Shown: positions 1 through 13,014 of the stretch, in pieces | Numbering within the stretch: the stretch's first letter is position 1 | How the letters are laid out: every line of letters begins with the position of its first letter | Assembly: GCF_009914755.1 (NCBI RefSeq) | Contig: NC_060926.1 | Source: the human T2T-CHM13v2.0 reference genome, Homo sapiens | Direction: 5' to 3' (one strand) | Length of the DNA stretch: 64,000 nt | Program-made: the position numbers and the translations under genes | Notes under the pieces: model-generated | The model's input: the letters and a program-made list of their open reading frames with translations, nothing else | Told to the model about the DNA's origin: nothing | Database searches by the model: none

Positions 1-520
1 AAAGTGCTAAGCAAAAGTAGAGAAAGGTGATATTCAAATAGCGGGGAACTTAACATTAAAAAGCAATTACAGGAAGAAGCAACAAAGGCATCTACAAAAG
101 AATATTCTTAAAAGTATGAAAAATTGGATGAATACAGTTATTAAGAAAGGAAAAGGTAGAGGGTGACATTTTATAATTTTATAAACTAAAGTCATGAATA
201 TATTCTATAATTTTAAAAAGTAAAGTCATGAATATATCTATTGGGGAGTCACTAGTTCCTTCTAAGAGATCATTATCAGCTGAGTTTTTCCAGACTGTGT
301 GGTGTGTGGGTATATTGTGAAACAACAGTGAAACAGATTCCTGTTTTGAATTACTCAGCAGTAAATGGTAAGTAATTTGGAAGTGAAGTCGAGTCAGGAA
401 AAAGGATATTTTAAAAGCATAGAGAAGTTCGATTCCAAAAGATGTTGTGTCTTAGGCCAAGGAGTAAAGAATGTGTGAATGATAAACTGCAGAAAAATGA
501 AAAAGGAAAGATGACTTTGT
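1..520 (-). mobile_element. Degenerate L2 LINE fragment
   Basis: Purine-rich stretch resembling antisense L2 (ggggagtcactagttccttctaagagatcattatcagctgag); very diverged, boundaries approximate. Confidence 0.45.
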
Positions 521-1361
521 GGCAAGAACATCAAGAAAAATATAAGGTGTTGTTGGAAAACATAATTGAAAAGAGTTGGAAGAGTATGCAAAGTGGCATG
601 TTTAAAAATATAGAAATAAAAATAAAAATAAAAAAACATTTTTGAAATACATAGAGTGTGATTGAAGCAATTTATATAAAATGATGTCAATTAATGTTAT
701 TCTGGGAGAACAAGAATAATAAAAATTAGATTGGGAACCAAAAAAGTGTGGGAAATATTTGGAATTCCAGCTAGGAAGAATGGAATGGACCTTACTTTGA
801 GATAAATACTAGAATTGGATAACAGCAGGGCTGCCTGGCAAAGGCCATTGATTACATGAATCTTAATCATTCTATAACTTTCTTTCTACTGCAAGCAGAT
901 AGAAGGAAGAAAGAATACAATGAAAATCACAAAACACTGTGACTTGGAAGATAAACCATTCTAGGTGAAAATTGGCAATATAAATACTAATCAATTTTAG
1001 ATCACAATCTCAATTAATATTTGTATTGTAAGTAGACTAATAATGAAAAAATACAGTTAACCCATTCCTTATGACACTAAGTGGTATAAGGAGTTTGTGT
1101 TCTCTGTTATATTGTTGACTTTCATAAAATAATGACTGTGATTTGGACAATTCTTTGACACTTTAGGGTAGAAGATACGGTTTCTTCACCTAGTTGTCCA
1201 AATCCTCACCTGTTCTAAGATTTTTAAGAAGGAATAATTTTTATATTAATATAAAAATAGCTAAGATCTAACACTACAGGTAGAAACACTGGTTCAACAT
1301 TGAAATTCTGGGCTTTATATCTAGTTTTGGGTCTTTGTGTAGAACGAAGGTACCAAAAGCC

Positions 1362-1590
1362 AAATGGTGAAGAACACAGATCTTCAGTCTGCGTGTGTGG
1401 GTTCCAGCTTTACCACTTCTTAGTTGCGTGCCTGTGGGGAAATTACTGAAACTCTCAATTTTCTCATCTGTAAAATTGAAATAATTAAACTATCAAACTC
1501 AAAAGAGTCAATGAGTTTTCTTAAAAGATTCCATTTAATGAGCAATTCATGGCCCATAGTAAGTACTGAGTAAACATAGACTGTTATTAA
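1362..1590 (+). mobile_element. MIR SINE
   Basis: Core ctcaattttctcatctgtaaaattgaaataat and 3' end catagtaagtactgagtaaacat match MIR. Confidence 0.8.
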
Positions 1591-3095
1591 TACTATTATC
1601 ATGTATGATGCGGAAATTATATTTACAGCATTATACCTTTAACTTTGACAATTGTCTTGAGACCTGTTATCCTCCATTCCTTTTTATCTCCCATTTACAA
1701 AGATATTACCAGAATGTAAATTTCAAGAGAGAAAGAATTTTTGTTCAGTTTTGTTCTCTACTCTGGAATCAGGACTTAAAATGGTACGAGATACATCATA
1801 GCCTCTTAATAAATATTTCTGAATAAATTTGTCCCATTTTAGTGTTTTAAATGACATATGGAGATATAATTGGATCAATATGTTTCTCTCCCCTTTAATG
1901 TGTTTCATTTTGTTAACAGACACAAGTTTATTATTAATAATTACAGCTAGTCAGTTGTTGGGTTTGTCCTGTTAGTCAGATAAAATAGATAATTATGCTA
2001 AGACAGAAAAATGAGGAGACATGACATAAATATTATTTTAACTGTATGGAAAAATACTAATGAAATTGTTTAGTTGGACACATCTTGTTAATGCAAAAGA
2101 ACATGCCACTTTGCCTCAAAGACAGTAGGGGGGCCGCATGTATAATAGAAGATGCAGAAATAGTTCTAACACAGAAAAACAAATCACTAGAGCATCTGTG
2201 TTATCTTGGCTATTCAGAAAAAATCACAGGAGTCATTCTGTACTTGAATGTCATTTATGTTAATATTAAGTAAAAGTGTTCTTAATCTTAATGAATACAG
2301 TATTTATAGTGAATGACATTCTTTCCATTCCTCCTCACCTCCCCCAACTACCCTGCCATTTCTCCAAGTGAAATGCTTGCCTTGTCATAGTTAGTCAGGG
2401 GAAGAATAGAAAGGCTTGGTGTAAAATTTTAGTGATCTGGATTGATGTATGTTGGAGTAATTATATTCTGCCTGTCTAAAGTTTTTATGCTATTTGAAAT
2501 GGAAAAAAAATGCTTCTTTGATTTAAAATTTTGAGTAATGTGACTCTGCATAGTTATGTCCTTGTTATGTTCCACTCATTGGTTAAAAAAAAAAAGATTC
2601 AGCTATGATTGGCTGAAAAGAATAACTTCGAAAGGCTTTTTTTTTCTTCTTTTCTAGCACAGCAACATTTATCTAAATGACAGGCATAAGACTGTCATCA
2701 CAATACAGGTTACTGCATTGCCTTTAGCTATTGGATTTTTTTTCCCTTTCCCCTTGGATTGTCTGAGAAGTGAAGCAACCATTTCACTGGAGGAAGTTCA
2801 TTGGAGGAAGGTGAATTTACACAGAAGGATCAATATTCCATGTAGCAAGTAAATGCGTCATGTGAATCTCACTATAATACCCTACCATCGTGAAATCACC
2901 CATTGTGTGAGCCTTAGGTACACTTTCAAAGTAGGTCCTATCTCTGACGTGTGTTCGTTTTCTCTTTGATGTGCCTACTGTCCTAAGTCACCATAGCTTA
3001 AATACCATCCTCAAATTCATCGTTTCTTCTAGAATCTCTCAGCTGATATTTAAACATAAGCTGAAGCAGGGAAGAGAAAATTCACTAATATATGA

Positions 3096-3425
<330 letters not shown>

Positions 3426-3821
3426 CTGAAGCTATTTTATAATCAGCTTTATTCTTCCTTTAAAAAAGATGACTCACACAAATATAGTGAGAAAACTCTA
3501 GTGAGAAATTCCATCTTCTTCCCATCAGCTAGTCTCAGGGTCAACAGGATTCCTAAGTGTGGAGTGTGGGATTACAAATGGTTCATGTCCACAGAGAAAT
3601 GGCCTTTGGCAACTTGATGAGAGAATAAAAGAAAGGTATAGCTAGATAAAATGTCACGAAATAAATCAGAAACATTTTCTAATTCTCTCTACCCCTGAGT
3701 GGGCATTTGTAAGTCGTGGATTACTTTTGGCAGAGAGAAAAGTACTTCACTTCTCAGTGCTACCTCAAAGAAACTATCCTTCTTTACTCTCTACTATTGC
3801 CTGACTGGCCTTTGCTCTAAA

Positions 3822-3998
3822 GCAATGGTTCTGATTCTGGCTACATATTAAAATCTCTAAGAAGCTTTAAAAATTACCAGTATCCTGGACTCAACTTTGA
3901 AGATTCTGATTTAATTGGTTTAGACTGGAGCCACACATTGATTCTTTTACTGAGTACACTACATTATGATGATGTACAGCAGATGGTAAGGACTATTG
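3822..3998. mobile_element. MER5-family (MER5B-like) hAT-Charlie MITE
   Basis: caatggttctg...gaagattctgatttaattggt...gactattg termini and core. Confidence 0.65.
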
Positions 3999-4102
3999 AT
4001 TACATACAGGTATCTTTTATACCTCACTCTTCACCTAACATCTGTAGTTAAAACTAAAATCATGCCTCATTTTGTGGAAAAAGGAACTCTTACAAAAAAG
4101 GA

Positions 4103-4420
4103 CAGTTGGCCTTTTGTATTCGTGGATTCCATATTTGTGGATTCAACCAAGCTTCGGTAAAAAATATTTAGAAAACAAAACAATAAAAGATACAATAATA
4201 AGAATGTGAATTTTAAAAACTATACAATATAGCAACTATTCACAGCATTTACATTTTATTCGGTATTATAAGTAATCTAGAGATAATTTAACGCACATGA
4301 AAAGGTGTGCATAGGTTATGGGCAAATACTCTGCTGCTTTATATAAGGGACTTGAGCATCTGCAATTTTGATATCTGCAGGGTCCTGGAACCAATCTCTC
4401 ATGGTTACTGAGGGAGACTG
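4103..4420 (-). mobile_element. MER2 (TcMar-Tigger) DNA transposon
   Basis: cagttggcc...gtggattcaacc...tatataagggacttgagcatc...ggtcctggaaccaatc...gagggagactg is antisense MER2 with both TIRs. Confidence 0.88.
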
Positions 4421-4854
4421 CGTTTAACACTTCTATTACCATCTAATATATGGTATAGTCACTTTCACGTCTGCCCTTGAGCCAACAGTGTTCAGCGTAA
4501 TAAAGTTTTCCCAAGCCACTCCTACCTACTGCTTTTCTTGCGTGCCTTTTCCAGTTTCCATCACCTCCTTCCCATGGTTCCGTGGTGCTGTGTTGTAACT
4601 TCTGTGGTTCCTCAATTTGGATTTGTTCTTTTCACTATGACTTGTATCACTAATGATATGTTTCCACCTGTCTGAGTCCTTGTTTTCTTCTAGGTGTGTG
4701 CTTGTAAAAAGCTCAGGCAATTTTACTCTGTGGCCTAAAAGTTTTGATATTACCTAGATTTGATTTACTGATTCTTCAATTAAAGACATCCCAAAAAAAT
4801 AAGAATTTCAAGCACTTTAGTAGGGACATTAGAAGAGAAATTCTAGCATAGCAC

Positions 4855-5085
4855 AGTACTTCCCAAAATTGGTGTTCCAGAAATCTAGTTCCCCAAATGA
4901 TCTTAAGTAGATTTAGAAAAATGGTAAAATGGTAAAATAAGTTTGTTAAAGAGTATATTCTATGCCCTTGGTTTGAAGAATTTATCTGTATATTAGCATA
5001 TTAAAAGCACTGAAAAATCATTTAATAAATAAATTATTTTTACTTTTGTGCATTATTTTCCAAAATTATTTGACCTCATAATTTG
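4855..5085. mobile_element. hAT-Charlie MITE remnant (MER112-like)
   Basis: cagtacttcccaaa start; atattagcatattaaaagcactgaaaaatc and ttccaaaattatttgacc motifs. Confidence 0.5.
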
Positions 5086-5304
5086 TGTTTTTCTCATATA
5101 ACTCCTCCTATCACATTGAGTATACAATTGCCTACCAATAAAGTCTCTCCTTCTTTTGGAAACTCCTCAAAAAGCTGGGAAGAGATTCTACATACGTAAT
5201 GCCACTTAAAGCTCACGCATGAAGGGCAACAGTTATGAAAAATGAAAATACTATAGCAAAACTATCATGTATTGAATAGTTATTACACAATTATAACATC
5301 CTAT

Positions 5305-5842
5305 TGTAAGGGAGGAATTATTATTCTATCCACTTAGGGTCACCACTGGGGCTTGCAAATTAGACTATAAAAAGATGGATTGGCAGGAGAAAAGGCATTC
5401 TTTTTCATTGAATGTTAATACTTTTATTTTTATTTGCACAGATGCCTTCATAGAAAAGAAATGAATATCCAAAGAAATGGTTAAATTTGCAGGCCTCCAC
5501 ACATTGTGGAGAAGTGACAAGATAAAAGAAAAGAAGGTTTGGGCTTCTAGGGGTAATAGTTTGTGGAAAGATAAAATATATGGGGCAAACAAATGGAAGA
5601 TAAGGATTATTTAGTATGATTAAGTTTGTGCAAACTCATCTTGGTGCCATTTTCACCTCCAGGAAAAAAGGTTGTCTTCCCTTCCTGGTAAGAGAGAAGA
5701 CAAGACTTTCACAAGGAAAATTTAATTTTTGCTTTTAGAAGATAGGAAAAGAACTGAGAGATTGCTTTTCCACAATTGCTTTCAGCTTAAAATAGTTCTT
5801 ATGCTAAAGTAGCATATTTTAGGATGGGATATTCTGATTTTA
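5305..5842 (-). mobile_element. MER34-family solo LTR (ERV1)
   Basis: Right end caattgctttcagcttaaaatagttcttatgctaaagtagcatatttt is the reverse complement of the MER34 5' end also seen at 29.4 kb; left end tgtaagggagg. Confidence 0.75.
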
Positions 5843-5979
5843 TTATTTTGGTTCATTATGTATGTACATGTATATTACATATACATATTTAATATATATC
5901 ATATATGTATATATCACTGTGTTAAATATCTGCATAATGGATGGAGACACTAAAATATTTCTTTTAGAAATCTCACTTT

Positions 5980-6145
5980 ATCAAATCCTCATTTTATTAT
6001 AAAGTAGATGTGACTGTAATATATATTTTATAGAAAATGAATCTTAAAGAGATTGAAACACATATCCAAGATAATATAGCTAAAAATCAAGAACTGGAAA
6101 TCAAAATCCTATCCAATTCTAGGCATATTTCTTTACTACTATGCA
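5980..6145 (-). mobile_element. MIR fragment
   Basis: ttttatagaaaatgaatct...ccaagataatatagcta...gaactggaaatcaaa resembles antisense MIR core. Confidence 0.55.
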
Positions 6146-7769
6146 AGATTATCTCTTATGGTGCTATGGTTGAAGCACAGGTAGAAAGTTGTACAGTGAG
6201 AAAATAGTGGATTTTCTCCTTTTATCTGCATAGCACACTGATTATTTTCTTTATCAATATAAGCAATTTATCTTATTTTAAATATTAACATATTTTTATT
6301 ATCACTTGTACTAGAAGCAGAACACTGGCAAGAAAATGAAATAAAATTTAAAGTAAGTGAAATAATTTCTTTGTATTTGTTACAGGTTGACATCAAAGTT
6401 GGTTCTAAGGTTTTTTAGTAGGTCATACAAAAATGGAAAATATAATCTATTACATAATACATACCGTCCAAAATATAAAAACAAACAAGTGACTCAACAC
6501 AGACAACATTTTTCTTGATACTTTCATCGAAGACTTTTGTTTCTCAAGAATAGTCACAATTAGCACTGTGAACAATGTCCTCACAGTAGTTATAAGTATT
6601 TTATCAAGCTTCCTCATATAGACTAAGGGCAAGTTACCAAAACATAATTCAGTAGAAGCAGAGAACCCTGGAAATGTGGTGGTAGTAGTGACGGCGGGGG
6701 CAGAATGGGAAGGTTGCAAAAGCAATTCCATGCAATCCAGATGTACAGTGATTTATTGGTCTACAAAGGTCAAGCGTAGATTATTTTAGAGTGTCTAGAG
6801 AAATTTTAGAGAATCTAGAGAAATTATTTATTGTAATATATTCAAGAAATCTTTCATAAATATTTTATCTTAATACAATGAAGACTTTGATAGCTATTGA
6901 GCAGCAATGAGTGCTAGATTATATCACTAGAATATTCTTGGACCATCTATCATCCAACAGACAAAATCTCGTCATCGAGGATTTTTTTTTCTTTAGGTAT
7001 TTTGGTTGCCTCCTTTAGCTCTCTCCCCTGAACTAACCTCTCTGTATAAATATATATTAAAATTATATTAAAAATCAAAAGGAAAAGTAACACCCCTCTG
7101 CCCAAATATTTCCTGAAGAATCAAGATAGCTCTAATACATTTGCAGCCAAAAACCGTCATTTTAAGGTTATTTGCTATAGTGTTCATCTTTTGTTCTTGT
7201 TTGTTTTCTTGCAAAAAAAAGTGGAAAGGAATTAGGTAGTAATAAGGGAGGTTGTGGTACAGTCATCAATCACCCTCTTGGAACTGCTCCAAAACCTCCA
7301 TCTGCATCAACTCGAGAAAGAATGCTGAGATCTTTTTTGTCCATTTACCATATGGTCTGGTCTATCTAACGACACCCACGTGGTTTAAACAAAGGAATGA
7401 TCATTGTAATTCCTCCCATGATATCAACGTGACCACTTATTCTGGCATATGGCTATAGATCCTATACTTGGTATAAGCTTAACAGGAGAGTCATCTTCCT
7501 CCATTAGCCCTGACACTTTCATTTCCATATGTAGAATTGGTTCAATTCAGTCACTGAACTTAAGCAATTATTAATACATAATTTAAAGAGGGAATTGCTG
7601 AATTAAAACAGGAAAGGCTGCCCATTACAGTCGTCATTCAGTCTTGTAGGATTTGTGTAAGAAGGCAAGTTTTGGGGGCTCAAAGATCTAAAGTCTTTAC
7701 TTTTTACTTTCTCTATGGGTTATCTATGTGATGGATATTTTTGCTCCAATTCTGCCAGGGCCCATTAGG

Positions 7770-7773
7770 GTAT

Positions 7774-7819
<46 letters not shown>
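7770..7819. repeat. (TG)n microsatellite
   Basis: gtatgtgtatg followed by about 20 uninterrupted TG units. Confidence 0.97.
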
Positions 7820-7820
<1 letters not shown>

Positions 7821-8413
7821 GCAGGGGTAGGGGAGAGAGGAAGAATGAGTTGATATATATCTTGCCTCTTTTCACCTAGAAATTTTAAAACTTGCCAGCC
7901 TTTCTTTTACAGGGACATACAGCTAAAAGTTTTCTGGCTTTCTTATTTTTTTTTCCCCATTAAATACTGAGAAGAGTGATATAAGGTTGGGTCATTTTGT
8001 GTTACTTGGGTTTTTTATATCTGCAAATCCCTGCCACAGGTGTCCAAAGAATGTTAAAGATGAATCACCCTTCCTTGAGAAAGTTTTAATGCTTTTCAAA
8101 ATTTTTAAATTATTTGTTACTCTTATTGTTTTTTAGATAACTTGAATACTGTGTAGGAGTAAGAGCAAATGAATAGGACAGAAGAGAAATAGATGGCCAG
8201 AAGATGTTAGGTATTTGAAAATGATAGCATGTGTTAATATTGCTGGTGATGCAATCATGTCATCAAGTGGCTGGGTTTGAGTGGAGAAAATAATTTTTAT
8301 TTCTAAGAAGGTCAAGAGATCGAATTTTTAGACCATGTGGTTTGATGTTGAAGTCTCTAAGAATGATGGCAGAATTGTATGAAAAGAAAGACATTTATCC
8401 AGGTGAATGAGAA

Positions 8414-8814
8414 TGCTATGGTTTAAATGTATCCCTCAAATTTCTTGTGTTGGAAACTTAATCTTCAATGTCATAGTGTTAGGAGGTGAGTCTTAATAAG
8501 AGGTGATTAGGTCATGAGGGCTCAGCCCTCATGAATTGATTCATATTCATTATTGAGGGAAAGGGCTCACCAAGCTTATCACCAAGTGGTTTTGTTATAA
8601 AAGTAAGTTTAGTCCCCTTTTGCCCTCTTGCTTTCACCCTCTCTTGCTTTTCTACCTTTTGAAATCTGATTTTGAAATGGGATGACACAGCACAAAGACA
8701 TTCACTCAATTTTTTGTCTTTCCAGCCTCCAAAAATGTAACTCGAATATATTTCTGTTCATTATAAATCACCCAGTCTTTGCTATTCTGTTATAGCAACA
8801 CAAAACAGACTAAG
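8414..8814 (+). mobile_element. MST-family MaLR LTR (MSTD/MSTC-like)
   Basis: tgctatggtttaaatgtatccc...gattaggtcatgagggctcagccctcatgaat...ttatagcaacacaaaacagactaag. Confidence 0.88.
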
Positions 8815-9159
8815 TGTATTAGTCTGTTCTCATGCTGCTAATAAAGACATAACCAAGGCTGTGTAATTTATAATGAATGGAACTATATTGTGAGGCTGGC
8901 AGGCCTCACAATCACAGCAGAAAGCGGAGGCGAAGCAAAGGCATGTCTTACGAGGTGGCAGGCAAGAGGGCGTGTGTAGGGGAACTCTCCTTTATAAAAC
9001 CATCGGATCTCATCAGACTTATTTACTATCACAAGAACAGCATGGGAAAGACCTGCCCCCATGATTCGAATACTTCCCGTTGGGTCCCTCCATGACAGGG
9101 AATTATGGGAACTACAATTCAAGATGAGATTTGGGTGGGGACACAGCCAAACCATATCA
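8815..9159 (-). mobile_element. THE1C solo LTR (MaLR)
   Basis: tgtattagtctgttctcatgctgctaataaagac...gagatttgggtggggacacagccaaaccatatca; 5-bp TSD ctaag at 8810 and 9160. Confidence 0.92.
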
Positions 9160-9939
9160 CTAAGGTAAGGGAGAAGGCAGAGGAATGACAAAAACAAGGA
9201 ACAGTAATCTGATAATATGTGGGAGAAGAAACTAGAGTTTGTGAAAAGAGAAGAAGGAGAATTAATTGGACATAAAAATGAGTAACATAAAACTCCTTAG
9301 CCTAAGCTTTGAGGTGCATGACATGAGTGTGAAAGGGAACAGAAACCATGGAAATCTGGGGCTTCAGGAGATAGCCCCATTTCAGCTATAAAATAAACGT
9401 TTAAAGAAGAGTTTCATGGTATAGAAAAATCTGTTCATTATAGACTTTGAATCACAAAGGGCAGCATAAAAAGGGTTTGGAGAGAAAAGGTAAGAATAGG
9501 AGACAGGTCGTAGAATATGTTTGGAGCCACATGGGAATAAATGTCTGTGTGATGACTGAAGATCTAGAATGCTTGGACTTTGTATGAAAACTAGGGTGAA
9601 AGAAGAGGTTATTAACAATGCAATTGACCTCTGAACTCAGCTTTTAATAAAAGCAAGAAGAAACAAGATTTTATTGTAGTGGGTTGATCTTTCAGACTGA
9701 AAGTGTAGGGATATTTGCAAATACATAAGAAGCAACATCCGTGGTAAGTAATAAGAGTGACAACCACTATTCTTCCCAGTTATTGTAGCAAAGACCTACA
9801 GTTGCTCTGTAAATTCTCAGTAAATTTACTAGATTCATCTAATTCTACTACTGATTAATGCATAGATTTTTTTAAAAACAGTGCCATCACAACCACACAG
9901 AATAAAAACATTTAAAATATTTTTGCATAAAATATTTTA

Positions 9940-10100
9940 TTAATCCTTACAATAGGCCTTGATATCGAACACTACAATTTTAATTTTTCAGTGAAGTAGC
10001 TGTGACTCTTTGATATTAAGGTTGTCTGCAGCTGAAACATCACAAATCTAGAAATCTATTCCAGATTTTGCCAGCTTCAAAACTAATGATCTTTCCAACC
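9940..10100 (-). mobile_element. MIR fragment
   Basis: ttaatccttacaata...ttttcagtgaagtagctg...cttcaaaactaatgatctttcc. Confidence 0.5.
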
Positions 10101-10168
10101 TTTCCAAGTTGATTCCTGCTTTATGGCCAGAATCAATTTGTAATGAAATACATTTGTCACGTTACTAT

Positions 10169-10350
10169 GGTAGTTCTCGATCTGTCATCCTGAGACCAGC
10201 ACTACCAGCTTTTGCTGTGCACTTGTTAAAAAGGTACATTCTCTGTTTGCTCTGACCAACAAAATCAGGTAATCTCAGCATAAGATTCAGAAATATACAT
10301 TTAAATAAGCCCTTTGATTTTGATGTATGCTAAATTTTGGGAACGACTGC
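10169..10350. mobile_element. MER5A MITE
   Basis: gtagttctc...gaccagcac...atttaaataagccc...tttgatgtatgctaaattttgggaacgactg. Confidence 0.7.
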
Positions 10351-11400
10351 TTTACTCATAAATCATCAAAGAACAAATAGGACATGTTATTAACACCAAA
10401 TCTTCCCTTTTTGTGTAACTATAGTATTTGAGCAATTATTCACTGTAATAACAACATGTTTTTCCCTGCAATTCTGAATTTGAACTTCGCAGTAAAATCT
10501 TGTGAGTGACGTTGTTTGGGAAATGGTCCCTCAACTTTATATATCTGCATCGGAAACACCCTATCCCTCAAAGATCTATCCAACCAGGGGTAGGGTCTTA
10601 AAGAATCACAAGTTGACTACATCTTTGGTGACTGTATCAGGTCTTTCTCGTGATATTTCATTTGTTCTTTGACCTCTATTTTCAAGTTATTTTATCTTTC
10701 ATGCCTCCAACAGACTTAGATCTGTTTCTAGGTTTCTCTCTCCCTTAAGGAGACGTGTATCCAAGGCTACAGTTTATTTCAGCAACGAGCCTCAGGAAAT
10801 CTTAGCAGAGAAAGGTCATCACGTCATTACCTGCTATCAGATATTGGTGTGCTGATATGAAAGTTTAGGCACAAACTTGATAAGCACTGATATTACTGGA
10901 AAACACTCTCTAGCAGATAGCAGTGAGCAAATTTATTCTGTGAAATAACTTCCCCGAAATAGGGTTTTAAAGGTTCTTACCTGACTGGCCAAACAGTTTT
11001 AAAAATGACACTGTGCCTAGCATAGGGTAAACAAAGGATATGAATTGACTAAATGAATCTCTGAACACATTTCCAGAATCAGGAATTCAGATCACATTCT
11101 GAGGAAAGAAGGCACAAGGCTAATACATCCTATGATAACAGGTTGATATGGAGATGCAAACAATGTTTTAAAGTAGTAATCATATTTAAAAATTATTGTT
11201 AATCAAAAATAATTTTTCAAATAATCAGCACGCAACAAATGTTTTGTTCATTGCTAATAAAAATTAAGAATACATTCTTAGAAAGTATTGCTTTCATTTT
11301 CAGATCAAGGTATTGAAAATTATGTTAAGTTACTAGGATGTCCATTCATTGCTTACATCCACAAAGGTACAAAGATTCTGCATTTATGTGTACATAGCAC

Positions 11401-12064
11401 ATGAGCATAGATATCCAGTAACCATTTTGTGTGCACCTGTGATAACTGTTTTATACAAGAATGTAGCCAAAATCATTTCCATAATTATGCAAATATAAAT
11501 TCATTATTTGGGCCCTTGTTTTCAAGTATTTCCTAAGAGAGTAGCCTTGGTTTGTAAAGAAATTTGCGTGGTGAGAAAGAATATTTGAAAAACACAGAAA
11601 CAGAGGTAAACGGAAAAACATTAGAAGCAATAACGATATACAAACTTAGTTATTAGAATATAATTGAAGACTAGAAGGCTCTCTTGATTTCCCCAAAATT
11701 ACCTGACATAGTTTGAATACACAAATAACTAATGAAGGTAAATGTACTTTTGCGAATAGTTTTCATCTCTGCTCTGCCCTCCGTATAATTATTCTGGGCC
11801 ACAGTTTCTTCACTTGTAAAATGGAGAAGCAATAAAATAGCCATGTGCACAAAGTGCTGGTTTCTAATTTAGTTTTGGGGATCTTGTGGAAAACACATAC
11901 TGAACTTTTCTTCTTATAGAAGAAAATGTAGACCTTTTTTGAATTGAAAAATAAGTTTGTGATATCTGTCTGAGAGCTTATAATATCTACAAGCCCCCAA
12001 ACTGGAAAAAGATATGCATCGTCCACATCCAACAAGGGTTATTATGAAGTACCTTCTGTGTGAG
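11401..12064 (+). repeat. Local direct duplication, copy A (blocks 11401-11667 and 11931-12064)
   Basis: Aligns by eye to 13015-13293 and 13527-13658; shared aaatcatttccataattat, taaattcattatttgggcccttgttt, gtctgagagctta, ccccaaactgg. Confidence 0.9.
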
Positions 12065-12594
12065 CACTGGCCTCGGACTTTCATCTAGAAAAGGAGTCAG
12101 AAAACTATTGTTGATCCTGATCACAGACTTAGTAACTAGCACTGTACTAAGTATTCTCCCATGCATTACTTCATTCAACATTATCTATCAGATGCAAAGA
12201 AAGTAATTCATTTGAAACTACAGTGTAGCTGTCAATATTAAGCAAATGCTGTATACTTTATTGTTTCCTCATAAATTTCCATGGTGAAAAAAATGAATAA
12301 GTTCCTTAGGAAAAGATAATTCAAAGCACTTTGCAACTACACGGTGTTATTATTAATTATCTACCTTTTTATAAACCTAGTCCCAAGTGATACTGAAGGA
12401 GGCAAACTATATTGGAACATAAATCCTTTTTATTCATAGATGATCAAACTTCCCAAAAGATTCTCTAATCTCTACCACCTTTTCAGCTTCCAAAACCCCC
12501 TCTTCAAGCCTCCACCACTCTGAATAGGCACTGAAAACTTTCAGGGAGTAAGGGAGTTGCTAAGAATAGTAGCAATATTTTGAATGTTGGTGAT

Positions 12595-12835
12595 AATAAC
12601 AACTGCTGACTATATTTACTATATTTATTATAGTCCAGGTCTATTCAAATTAAATGTTTTGTATTAAATATCTCATTTAATCACCATATTAAAATAGATG
12701 GCATAGCTATTAAGCCCATTTTATGGATGAAATGATAGAATTTCATAAAGTTTAAATAATTGGCAAAAGACACAGACAATAAATGGAGGTGTCTGGATAC
12801 AATCTCACACCTTCTGGCTGGGAGTTTGAGCCTTT
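12595..12835 (-). mobile_element. MIR SINE
   Basis: atctcatttaatcacc...cccattttatggatgaaa...aaagtttaaataattggcaaaagacacag. Confidence 0.75.
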
Positions 12836-13014
12836 GCGTCTGTCTCCTGAGGCCTTTTAAACATTTTTTTTCACCCTTAAAATATTGGATGAATCATAAT
12901 ATTCTTCCTCTTTAATAGAGTTCTGTATTTCTAAATTACAACTTCTTTGTAGTCATCAGGAAGCTAACTTTCTCCTGTCCTAGAAACATTAACGGAGCTG
13001 TTAACTAATTTAAA

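Larger units (their letters stand above)
8140..9700 (-). mobile_element. Old L2 internal fragment interrupted by MST and THE1C LTRs
   Basis: Purine-rich L2-like sequence (gatgttgaagtctctaagaatgatggcag) on both sides of the LTR pair; approximate. Confidence 0.45.
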
